From NCBI GenBank assembly GCA_043228905.1, contig JBHGNT010000007.1, forward strand, positions 3,782,001-3,846,000: a stretch of DNA of 64,000 nt. Direction: 5' to 3'. The DNA comes from Azolla caroliniana. Lineage: Eukaryota > Plantae > Polypodiophyta. The notes below the pieces were generated by a model that made no database searches, had not been told where the DNA came from, and was given only the letters and a program-made list of their open reading frames with translations. Made by a program: the position numbers and the translations under genes. Below are positions 49,741-62,084 of this stretch, one piece after another (the stretch's first letter is position 1; each line of letters opens with the position of its first letter).

Positions 49741-52317
49741 CCTGCTTATTTTGCCGTTATGAATATTCCTCCCTTTCCTTCTTTTTTATTTTTATTTTTT
49801 ACTCCTCATAGATATCATACCGTTGTCCAGTGAATAATAATAATAATCATACTAAATTCTAATAATATAGTAAAAATAAATCTCTGCTTTTTAAACAAAT
49901 AAATAATGGCTTCTGTACGGATCATTTCTTTCTTTTTATTATTGTCGCTCAGGTATTTTCCTGTTTTTAAAATAAATAAATCGAAGAAGAAAAAGGAAGG
50001 AGATGGCATTATTCCCCAAAATTGACCTTCGTAGAGATAAAAAAAAAAAAGGGAAGGAAATTCATTGCCAAGAAAAATGTTAGAGGTTTCGGCACTCTCC
50101 AAGAGACCTGTCGAGATCATTGACAATCGAAACTACATCACTCGCCCCATTAAAGATTAGATCCATTGTGTGACATGAAAAGAGTTTGCATAGTCTCGAT
50201 CTGTTCGCCCTTGATTGTGTCGATCATAGAGAAATGCATTGCTCCCACAAGTGTATATAGATTTGATTCAATTCAGCATGACAAATTTTTTAGCAGTGGG
50301 CACCTTCCAAAAGAGTCCATGATCCAACTTATGAGCAAATCTTTGCTCATGTTGGTTTTGAGAATCTTGTCGTGTGCAAATTTTAAGAGTATGCCAGCTA
50401 GGAATCACCTACAATGCAGAACACAAAGAGTTTTATTTCCATAGATTTGGTAAGGTGTTACTCTCTCCAAAGATGTAGGATCAACTCCTAAGTCAACAAC
50501 AAGTGAAGGGGCCCAAGAAAGACTTTGGTTGACAACAATAAGACAAAAATATTTCAAGGTGGCCATATCCATGATGAGTCAAATTTTCATAGATCATCAT
50601 CCCCTCAAGTCAAATCATAAAAAAACAATGGGTCCAAAGATGTTGCGTAAGGGTTAGACGTAAAGTAGCAACTCTCCTATCTTTGCTAGTTATTTCTTGT
50701 ATTATAGTGAGTCCTATCAAATGCATACACTAGAAATGGAAAACTTTATCGGTATTTGGTCTTACAAATGAAACCCGAAACCCTCACCAAACCAATCAAC
50801 ATTCGTTGGCAATATAATCCCTATTATGATTGTTCTTTATCTTGTTTTCCAATTTTGCATATGATCATACAAGAGTTGCTCCCCACTTTAGCTTCATTAG
50901 AATTCTTCTTGGTTAGTGGTTGATTATTCAATGTCTCTTTAATGGCAAAACTTATGAATTTGTAGGTACATATATATACTTTTTAACATTCACATAAACA
51001 TAAACAATTGTTAAATAATGTTTTTTTATGTGGTGGTTTTTTATGATGTCCCTTCACCCGCAAATAACAAGTCATATCATTCTCGTATGCTTTAGAATGA
51101 CGAGTTTGTGACGATTCATGGATTTGTTTGTGCCTTGGTCTTTGGACTCATATAAAGCTGGGTATTCATGGGTTTACATCACTGTGTCATATCTATTTAT
51201 TATGTTGGGCTAAATAAACCATATATATTATATACTCAAAGACATGATGAATTTGGTTGAAAAATGTGGATGGGACTAACATATGATATATATTAACTTC
51301 TCAACGACATGATGAATTTGTTGAAAAATGTTGATTGGTCATTGTTGTATGGTTTCAAATCATGCCCATTTTTATATAAGTTTATATTTGGGGCTTTGTA
51401 TGGATGATTGGTTTTAACCTAATTTTTTTTGCTTCAAGTCACCAATAGTTAGAATTTTCCAATTAGAAGAAAAAATGTGTATAGATTGATTTATCAAGAC
51501 ATTGCATGGCCTAGATTTGACATGTCATTGAAATCTATCATTCATGACATTGACAAAGATTGAGTTTTTCTATTTAAGCTTCTGGAGTATTGATAATTGT
51601 TATAGGCATAATCGTAGGAACCATTCTATAACTAATTTTAATGGGTTAAATCAGGATAGTGGGGAACTCAGTTATCCTAAGATTTGAGCCAAATCCATAT
51701 GGACCTATGATGGTGGTATGAGAGCCTAGGTATCTCCTATGTAAAGTGGACTAGCTATCCCCGTCATTAAGACATGTTGCATCATGTCGAGACTCTAATG
51801 GCGAGGCTAAACTTCTTCTTCTGATCTGATATTCAAAAGCCATTGCATAACATGATGTAATATTCGGTAGTATGGGCCACCAATGTCGTGATGTAGTGTG
51901 TGCAATAGGTAGGAAAAAAAGGGTCAATAGTAGTAATATATTTATAATACGACAATTAAGGAAATTGAAATAAGAAACATTAATAGCCAAATGGTTAACT
52001 CTCCTGCAAAGGTGGGGGGCAACCTTGCAAGAAGTGACCCCAAATCAATAAAAGGGGGTTAAACCAAAGGACCTAGATCCATGAAAGGGGAAAGGGCCTA
52101 AATCCAAGAAGGGGAACCAAACCCATGAAAGGGGGAGGAATCCATTAAGGGCCCCGAATCCACAAAGGGCATGAGTGTTCCTTGAAAGCACCCTTCAAAA
52201 GCACAAAAGCACCCTCATTGCAAGAAGAGGGCCGCAACATAGGAAGGCCCTCCCAAGGCATGGAGAAGGCAACACATGAAGAGACAACATGAAGTTCTAG
52301 CGAGGAAGGCAACTCAT

Positions 52318-54516
52318 CTAGCGATACTCATCCTCTATCTCTATGTGGCACAACCTACATAGCCTTTCCTCCCTAGGAACTCTATTAGCCCGACCATTCT
52401 CAATCTCAAGTCGGTGAGATGATATCCTAAGTTGTCCAATGGCAACCCTTAGTGCATTTGATAAGAATGTGTCACGGATCATAAGCTCAAGAGACAAGCA
52501 AGAAGATAACCAAATGGACAAGAAAGAAGATAGTATTAAAGGAAAGACTCCATAACTTGTGTTGTTCACCTTGAATTCCTTCAAGGTGAACTCCTCTATT
52601 TATACTACATGGCATGCATACTTGTTTGCACACATGTGAATCTACAATAGAGCATGTAGGTATGCATGCATGTGCCAAGTGTAAATACTACAAGGGAGCA
52701 ACTATGCACATGATGCTAGCAAAATAATAAGGATCAATTACATACATAACTATGTACTAGATATCTTGGTTAAATCATAATACTAGATTATAACTATGTC
52801 GTGTCAAGAGTTCGAATCTTGACATTATCCCCCCTCCTACGCCGCCTTCCCAAATCGGCCACTGGTTTGTGGGGATATCGGTGATGAAAATCTTGGACGA
52901 CCTCTGGGGCATTTTGTAAATTTGCCGATGGTTCCCACGTGGCCTTAGACATGGGGTAACCCCTCCATAGGATGAGGTATTGCAAGTGTCGACGGTGCCA
53001 ACGCGAGTCAAGGATTTGGTCAACCTCGTATTCCTCCCCTGTCGTCAATTGCACAGGTGGTGGTGGTGGGGCCTGACGTCCAAGGAGTTGTGAAGCATGA
53101 TGGGGTTCGAGGAGGGAGACATGAAAAACATCATGAATCTGGAAGTGGGATGGAAGGCGACGGGATTGATGCACTCGATGATACGGAATGGTCCCAACTT
53201 CTTGTAATCAAGTTTCGCACATGGACGAGTAGTAGAGATGTGTCGATGTAACAACCGGACCATGTCTCCAATGACAAAGTGTGGAGTGGAAGATCGATGG
53301 CGATCAGCCTGCTTCTTGTATCGTTCACTAGCAAGACTAAGCTCCAAGGATAAATCATGATGTAGTTCTTCCAAAATGCGGGCGCGATCCTCTGCCGAAG
53401 GGTTCACGGAAGTGGTAGGAAGGGAAATGTTGAAGCGAGGATGTAAACCATAGTTGTCAAAGAAGGGAGTGACGCCAATCGATGCATGGAGAGAATTATT
53501 GTAGGCGAATTCCGCAAGCGAAAGTAAGTTGACCCAATCATCTTGTTGGTAACTCACCGAGCATCGAAAAAACTGTCACGGATCATAAGCTCAAGAGACA
53601 AGCAAGAAGATAACCAAATGGACAAGAAAGAAGATAGTATTAAAGGAAAGACTCCATAACTTGTGTTGTTCACCTTGAATTCCTTCAAGGTGAACTCCTC
53701 TATTTATACTACATGGCATGCATACTTGTTTGCACGCATGTGAATCTACAATAGACCATGTAGGTATGCATGCATGTGCCAAGTGTAAATACTACAAGGG
53801 AGCAACTATGCACATGATGCTAGCAAAATAATAAGGATCAATTATATACATAACTATGTACTAGATATCTTGGTTAACTCATAATACTAGATTATAACTA
53901 TGTCGTGTCAAGAGTTCGAATCTTGACAGAATGTATCTAGATATCTTGGTCGTGTAATAAAACCTAACTGAGAGAAGTGCAAGAAGTGTTCCTTATAGTA
54001 CACCATTTTAGATGAGAGTGGTTCTCGTGGGGTGATCCATTTATATTGAGTGTAAATTTGCCATATTTCTTGGCGTATCACTTTATTACGGTATTCATGA
54101 GATATTAGAGTTTGGTTAGTCCCATGGTTGTACTTAAGGGGGGGTAGGTTATTAATGTCTATGATGTTTGCAAGTAACCAACTCACCACAGTGCTATACC
54201 AAGAGCTAGTGTTTCGAGATGCATGTAGGGATCAAGATGCCTCAAAGGCTCTACGAGATATCCTATCTTGTGGTTGACTATGTATCTGATGAATAAAAAC
54301 TACCACTTGAAACAATGCTTCTACTAACATTGGGGGCAAACAAAACTCTGCTCTAATAATGTCATGTGGTATTGTTGATTTGCTTCGGAGTTGATGTGAT
54401 AACATTGTCACCAAAGGTCTCTCTAATTGCGTCCACATGAAAGATGGTAGACCTGGAGCCCATACTACTGATGCATACATGAGGGAAGGGGTCACTAATG
54501 AGTCTATGAAAGATTA
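52318..54516 (-). mobile_element. 3' part of a LINE ORF2 (RT thumb region + C-terminal Cys motif, RTEX-like), interrupted by two LTR elements
   Basis: DSLVTPSLMYASVVW...LERP...IIRAEF (54232-54510) and QLRISSHRLEIENGR...PREERLCRLCHIEIEDEY (52318-52464). Frame LDTF|LSNA is restored when the 52470-53928 insert is removed. Confidence 0.75.
52470..53928 (-). mobile_element. Miniature chromovirus (Gypsy) derivative: two LTRs + integrase C-terminus + chromodomain
   Basis: 355-bp LTRs at 52470-52824 and 53574-53928 (about 4 mismatches). TSD GAATG (52465-52469, 53929-53933). PPT GGAGGGGGGATAA. QQDDWVNLLSLAEFAYNNS, KLDYKKLGPF and chromodomain YEVDQILDSR...YLILWRGY....TWEP. Confidence 0.95.
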
Positions 54517-55293
54517 TGTGCAGAAGCAAGTAGAAAACCGAACACTGAAACACAGGTTTAATGGAAAGCTTTACAATATGCGGGAGAGACAGAGAAAGAG
54601 TAGAACAAGTTAAATCTATTACTAGGCAATAATAGTTCTCTATACATAAACCGTGCTCAACAACACTATTTATACAAGTCCTAAGAGGACTGACAGAAAT
54701 ACTACGTACTTCAATGCTCATACGAGCGTCTGACACTAACTACGAGACTATTAACTACCTAGTAGTCTAGGCTACTACTAGGCTTTCGGTTACTGTTTGA
54801 TCCAGCTAACCGGCTCCCTAGCTCACCGACTCACTTGCTCACCAGCTCGCCGATCCAGCTTCATCCTTTTGGATGCCGATCCGGCTCAAGCTTATTCAAC
54901 CGACCCGGATCCGGTTGAGCTTGCCGCTCAACACTCCCCCTCAAGCTCAACTTGAGGTCGGATCGTAGTGTCAGTCTCCATGGCAGCTGGTCCTTCCACT
55001 CGGCTCCTTTTGGCGTCACTCCGCCTCGTTCGCGCTCCTTGTCCGGTTTGATCCCGTTTGCCGTGACCCTTCTGTTTCTGCGCACCTCGACCTCCTCAGT
55101 TGGCTTGTCTGCTCAACAAGTCCAAATCAGTTCCCTTGCTGATGTGGCTTGGGCGCTTGTCGATTCGCCGATTCCTTTGTGTTGGCGTCAACTTTTGCTG
55201 CCTTCTCGTCCTCTTGGCCTTGAATTGATCCGGTTCTTCCGAATCCGTCTGTTGAACCGAATCGACTATCTCCGATTCGTTCCAGCTCTTGTC

Positions 55294-58200
55294 TGTTGAG
55301 AAGCAAGCTCAACATGGTATGTGATGCTTATGAGAAATAAGCTATAGTAGCTATTTAGCTACTAGTGAACAAAAAGGTAAAACAGCTATTTAGCTATGGA
55401 CAGCTAATTAGCGACTGAACAGCTATTTAGCTAGTGACAGCTAATTAGCTAGTGAACAGCTATTTAGCGACTGACAGCTAATTAGCTACTGGCAGCTAAT
55501 TAGCTGCATGTGTAATAACTTATGACTTAGGTAAAAGTAAGTGAGAGTGAATAGGAAGTAAGCAGTAAGAAAAAAAACAGAGAATAGTGAGTAGAGAACT
55601 CTGAGAGAGAGTGAGAGACCAGAAGACTGACGAGAGCAAGTTGAGCTCTACATGTAATAGAAGAAAACCATTTTGCTACTACAGAGGTAAGTCCCCTTTC
55701 CTTTCTCTGTCTGTTTAGAGCACGCTAACGATCCAGCACACTACGATCCACCGCGCACATAAGAAGAGCTCGAGTGCCTTCTTCACGTTTTCTTAACATG
55801 GTATCAGAGCAGAGTAGCTCGTAAGGAAGATTATAGCAGTGCCTTAATCTGAGAAAGTTATTTCTCTGGTTGCTGATCAGAAATCAGAAAGTTACTTGTT
55901 GAAGTAACTAAAGCAAAACCCTGGTTTTTGGGAGGAAAAAAATGGCTGCAGAGAATGTAGGCCAAATGGTCACAGAGAAATTAGATAAAAACAATTTCCC
56001 GGCGTGGAAATTCAGAATGACAAACTTTCTGATGGGGAAAGGATACTGGGATTACATTGAAGGAGACCTAGAAGAGGCTCCAGAGATCCCAGAAGAGAAT
56101 GCAACAGCTGCACATATTAAGGCATTTAAAGATTGGAATCAAGGGGCAAGGAAAGTAATGCATTGGCTCTCACTTAGCATCTCAGATTCGATGCTTGGGC
56201 ACATACAGGATGCTATGCTCCCAAAAGAAGCTTGGGACAACTTGGTAAAACTGTTTGCTGTGAACACAAAGGCTAGAAAGCTCCAGTTAAAGACTGAGCT
56301 AAATACCTTGGAGAAAGGTAAGATGTCAATAAATGAATATGCCCTAAAAATCAAGAGTATATGTGAATCACTTGCTTCTATCAATGTGAAGATAGAAGAT
56401 GATGACAAAGTGGAAATATGCTTAAGAGGCTTAGGACCTCAATACAAGAGTTTTAAAACTTCTATGCTCACAAGGGATAGTATCCCAAGTTTTTCAGATC
56501 TGGTCTCAATGCTTGTGGTAGAGGAAAGGAATCAGATGGATGATGCAAATAAAGGAAACTCAGAGAACGAGGGGCAAGCCCTCTATAATAATGCCGGAAG
56601 AGGCCGAGGAAGAGGCCATGGAAGATTTGGCTCAGGAAGAACCAATAATAATGGCTTTCAAGGAAGAGGACAACAAGCTCATAGAGGAGGAAACAACAAC
56701 AGAGGCAGGGGGAGCAACCGAGGTAGAGGTAAGCAAACTTATGTAAATGATGATGGCTGCTGGTATTGTGGTAAACCAGGCCATACACAGGCTGAATGTT
56801 ACAAGAAACAAAATGATGAGAAAAGAGGAAAAGGACAACAGAGTAACTATGCCTCTACTAGTGAAGATTGTGAAAAGGAAGGTGTTTTTGTAGTGCAACA
56901 TGAGATAGCAGCAGTGGCTGAAAGCTCACAGAAATGTAATGAAGAGTTTACGTGGTATGTAGACTCGGGGGCATCTAACCATATGACTGGACATGCAAAT
57001 TGGTTTGAGAGTTTAAGAGAACCAGAGGTTCCTGGTTATGTACAAACAGGTGATGACACAACTCACCAAATAAAACATGTTGGAGATATCCCATTGTGGG
57101 AAGAAAGAGGAAAAACCAAGTATATGTTGAATGTGATGCATGTTCCAAACCTTGCTAAGAATCTGATTTCTGTTGGACAGATTGTAGAGCAAGGTATGCA
57201 AGTGAAGTTTAAGCAAAGTGGATGCTATATAGAAAAGAATGGGAAGCTCATTGCAAAAGGGAAGAGACAAGGAAGAATGTTTATCTTGGATGTAGAAATG
57301 CCCAAACAGTTTTCAGCCATGTTTGCAAATGGAACGAGTGTAATCTCAGATGTGGAAATGTGGCATAAAAGGATTGGCCATATAAGTATGCAAACATTAA
57401 AGAATATGTTGAGAAAAGATGCAGTGGCTGGACTGCCAAACTTGAAAAAGTGTGAAATGGGAAAAGTATGTGAAGCATGTCAATATGGTAAGCAAAACAG
57501 GTTGCCATTCCCTCATGAGAGACATGTAAGCAAAAATCTGTTGGATTTGGTACATACAGATGTATGGGGACCAACAAAGAATGCATCTATTGGTGGATGC
57601 AGATTTTATGTTACATTTATTGATGATTGTTCACGGAAGACATGGGTGTACTTCATGAAGGAGAAAAGTGAAGTATTTGACTGTTTTCATAAGTTTAAAT
57701 GCATGGTAGAAAAGCAGGCTGGTACAAGGATAAAATGTTTGAGATCTGATGGAGGAGGAGAGTATTTCTCCAATGAATTTTCTGATTTTTTGTGTAATCA
57801 GGGAATAAGAAGACAGTTCACATGCCGATATACTCCACAGCAAAATGGAGTTGCTGAGAGGAAAAACAGAACTTTGGTGAACATAGCAAGGGCAATGATG
57901 ACTGAGAAGAACATGCCATTATACTATTGGGCAGAAGCTGTAAATACAGCAAATTACATTTTAAATAGATGTATTACATCAGGAGTACATGAGGCAACTC
58001 CTGAAGAGTGTTTTTATGGCAGGAAGCCTAGCTTACAACACTTGAAAGTGTTTGGATGCCTTGCATATGTACATGTGCCTGCAGAAGTAAGAAGTAAGTT
58101 GGATCCAAAAGCAGAAAAATGTATCTTTGTTGGATATTCAGAAGAACAAAAAGGGTACAGATGTTATAACCCTGTGACTAAAAAGATTGTGACAAGTCGA

Positions 58201-60812
58201 GATGTGATATTTGATGAGTTGGCTAGTTGGTACAGCCCAAAACAGAATCTAGAGACTGATGAAGACTGTCAAAATGAAGACAAAGACAGATCAGAAAATG
58301 TAGAAGACTGTCACAGAGATGGAGACAAGGTTGGATAGCAAAGTCCAACATCAACAGAATGTTCTGGACCATCAAAAAGCTCAGATGGTAAATCTGATTT
58401 AAATTCTTGGAGTGGAAAAACTGGACAGAAAAAATCTGATGACAAAAAAGGAAAACAGAAAATGCCAGAGTATGAAATCCCGGATGACCTATCAAAAAAC
58501 ATGGAAGATGAAGATTCAGATATGTCTTTGGATGATTTCCTTGGAATACAGGAAATGAAAATCCCTGGTATGAAAAAGGCAATAAAGAATGCAAATCAGA
58601 AACTGAGAAGATCAGATAGAGAGAAAAAGACTGTGGAAAGATTTGGGTATGATACATATATGGCTATGCACTATGCATATATGTCTAAGGTGGTACAGAT
58701 CCCTGACCCAAACAGCTTTGAAGAAGCAAAATATGAGAAGAAATGGGTGGACGCAATGCAAGAAGAGATTGATGCATTGGCTGAAAACAGAACATGGGAT
58801 TTGGTGAAGTTACCAAAAGAAAAAAATGTGGTAGGTTGCAAATGGGTCTACAAGACAAAGCATGACTCCAATGGGAATGTAAGTAGACATAAAGCAAGAT
58901 TGGTTGCAAAAGGATATGCTCAGATGCAAGGGATTGATTATGATGAGACTTTTGCACCGGTTGCAAAGATGGCAACCTTGAGAACACTACTTGCTGTAGG
59001 AGCAGCCAGAAAATGGATTTTGCATCACATGGATGTAAAAAATGCTTTTTTACATGGTAACTTGGAAGAAGAAGTGTATATGAGTCAACCACCAGGTTTT
59101 GAAGATAAGAAACATCCTGATTATGTATGTAAGCTGAAAAAAGCTCTCTATGGACTGAAACAGGCACCAAGAGCATGGCACAGAGAACTTTCAGATTCTC
59201 TGAAAAATCTTGGTTTCAAAATGTCAAAAGCTGATCCTTCTTTGTATGTAAAAAGTGAAAATGGTTGCATTGTTATTATTCTGATTTATGTAGATGATTT
59301 GATTATTGGAGGAGATTCCGTGGATGAAATAAGAAAGTTGAAAAAAAATCTGGAAATGCAGTTTCATATGAAAGATTTGGGAGATCTGAGATATTTTCTT
59401 GGTATTGAAATCATCAGATCTGAAAGTGGTATATGTATGTTGCAAAAACAGTATGCAACAACTATGTTGAAAAAGTATGGTATGCTTGGATGCAAACCTA
59501 TTGCTGTACCACTTGATAAAAACTACAAGTTGAGGGCTGATTTGGGAGCCAAGATAGAAGATGTAAACATGTACAGGTCCATGGTGGGCAACCTTATTTA
59601 TTTGACTATAACAAGACCTGATTTGAGCTATGCTGTTGGATTAGTCAGCCAGTTTATGCAACAGCCAACAAAGCCACATTTGGACTGCATCAGAAGGATT
59701 CTGAGGTATGTAAAAGCAACTCAGAACTTTGGACTATTTTACAGGGCTGATCTAGACATAAATCTGGAAGGATATACAGATGCTGATTGGGCTGGAAGCC
59801 AAACAGACAGGAGATCCACAAGTGGATACATGTTTACCTTGGGAAGTGCAGGAATTTCATGGAGTAGCAAGAAACAGGCTACTGTTGCATTGTCCAGTAC
59901 AGAAGCTGAGTATAGAGGGGCTGCAATAGCCACATGTGAAGAAGTATGGATCAGAAGACTGCTTGCTGATCTGGGAGTATATATAGATGGTGCTGTCACA
60001 ATCTGGTGTGACAATATGAGCAGCATTCAGCTTGCAAAGAACCCAGTGTTCCATGCAAGAACAAAGCACATTGAGGTGCATTATCACTTTGTTAGAGAAA
60101 AAGTGATGGAAGGTGAAGTTGATCTGGTGTATGTGAATACAAATCAGCAGGTTGCTGATATCCTTACGAAGGGATTGAGTGTGGAAAAACATACACAGTT
60201 TCGGAACATGATGGGAGTTGTAAACATTGATGAGATGGCTAAAAAGCAAAATGGAAAAGAAGATTGAAGAGAACCTCAAGCAAGAATAAGTTGAGCTTGA
60301 GGGGGAGTGTTGAGAAGCAAGCTCAACATGGTATGTGATGCTTATGAGAAATAAGCTATAGTAGCTATTTAGCTACTAGTGAACAAAAAGGTAAAACAGC
60401 TATTTAGCTATGGACAGCTAATTAGCGACTGAACAGCTATTTAGCTAGTGACAGCTAATTAGCTAGTGAACAGCTATTTAGCGACTGACAGCTAATTAGC
60501 TACTGGCAGCTAATTAGCTGCATGTGTAATAACTTATGACTTAGGTAAAAGTAAGTGAGAGTGAATAGGAAGTAAGCAGTAAGAAAAAAAACAGAGAATA
60601 GTGAGTAGAGAACTCTGAGAGAGAGTGAGAGACCAGAAGACTGACGAGAGCAAGTTGAGCTCTACATGTAATAGAAGAAAACCATTTTGCTACTACAGAG
60701 GTAAGTCCCCTTTCCTTTCTCTGTCTGTTTAGAGCACGCTAACGATCCAGCACACTACGATCCGCCGCGCACATAAGAAGAGCTCGAGTGCCTTCTTCAC
60801 GTTTTCTTAACA
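55294..60812 (+). mobile_element. Full-length, very young Ty1/Copia retrotransposon (Copia-C, 5519 bp)
   Basis: 505-bp LTRs at 55294-55798 and 60308-60812 with one mismatch by eye. TSD TTGTC (55289-55293, 60813-60817). PBS TGGTATCAGAGC at 55799-55810; PPT TGAGGGGGAG at 60298-60307. Confidence 0.98.
55942..60267 (+). CDS. Copia gag-pol polyprotein (Gag, CCHC knuckle, PR, IN, RT, RNase H) with one in-frame TAG at 58336-58338
   Basis: ORFs 55942-58338 and 58462-60267 are in the same frame with only the TAG between them. CWYCGKPGHTQAEC, WYVDSGASNHMT, LRSDGGGEY, YVDDL, DADWAG, RTKHIEV. Confidence 0.93.
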
Positions 60813-62084
60813 TTGTCCGAATCGGTCGCTCTCGATTCTTCTTATGGTTCTAGGCCCTTCACTGTATCGGACCATGTTCGGGTCTTGGCCTTCTTCTTCC
60901 GATCGGCTCTGTCCTTCTTGACTCTGCCGCCGCTACCACTTGTTCCGACTTGTTCGGATGTGTCAACTTCCTTTGTTGACTCGACGCCTTTCTTCTTCTT
61001 GTCTCTCCTTCTGTCCGTTCTACCCTCACCGGCGCAATTGACAGTCTCTTTGCCTTTGCCCATTCCGGTGTCTTTGCCCATTCTCCCCCTCAAGTGTGGC
61101 ATGTCGAGATGCTAAACACCAAGCATTTCGGTGAAGTGCTGCAACTTGTTCGATTCGAGCGGTTTGGTGAAGATGTCGGCAACTTGCTGATCCGTATGAA
61201 CATACCGAAGTTCGACTTCATCGCTCAGGACATGCTCACGCACGAAGTGGTAGTGCACTTCTATGTGCTTTGTGCGAGCATGGAATACGGGGTTCTTGGC
61301 GAGCTGCATGCTGCTTATGTTGTCATAGTAGATTAGGATCGGGGTCGGCACCTCAATCCGCAGGTCTTGCAGCAGTCGCCGAAGCCAAATGGCTTCATAG
61401 GTGGCAACGGTAGCGCCCTAGTATTTAGCCTCAGTGCTCGATAGGGCCACTGTTGGCTGCTTTTTGTTGCTCCACACAACAACCGCGCTTCCAAGGGAAA
61501 ACATATAGCCAGAGGTGGACCAGTGTAGCTGACTAGCTCTTCGGGTATACCATGCTGATATAACAGTCCTCGTTCCTTCGTGCTGCTCACATATCACAAA
61601 ATTCGATGCGCACACAGAAGGTGCTCCACGGTCGGCTTCTGCATATATTGGTTGATCACGCCAACTAGATAACTGATGTGAGATCGGGTGACTGTCAAAT
61701 ATATAAGGCTTTTGACGATTTGTCGGAACCTTTGCTCATCGTAGGCCGGTCCAGAGTCGGGACGAAGCTTCTGGTTCCGGTTCAGGGGTGTAGAAATAGG
61801 TCGGCATTCCGTCATGCCGAACTTGTACAACATATTCAACACATAATGTCTCTGTGAGAGCAATATGTCGTCGGGGGTTTGGATCACCTCGATCCCAAGG
61901 AAATAGTGAAGGTCCCCCAGGTCCTTCATCTCAAATGCGTCCGATAGTTGAGACTTGACTCAGCTGATTTCAGCGAGGCCGGGTGCGGTGAGGACTAGAT
62001 CATCAACATACAACAAGATGCATACTGGACCGTCCAGACCTTGCTGGATGAACAACGAAGAGTCAGACTTGGAGGCCACTTGGT

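Noticed and set aside
55315-55320. PBS-like TGGTAT just after the terminal hairpin inside the Copia-C LTR
   Set aside because: Only 6 nt match tRNA-Met; the full PBS is at 55799, so chance cannot be excluded.
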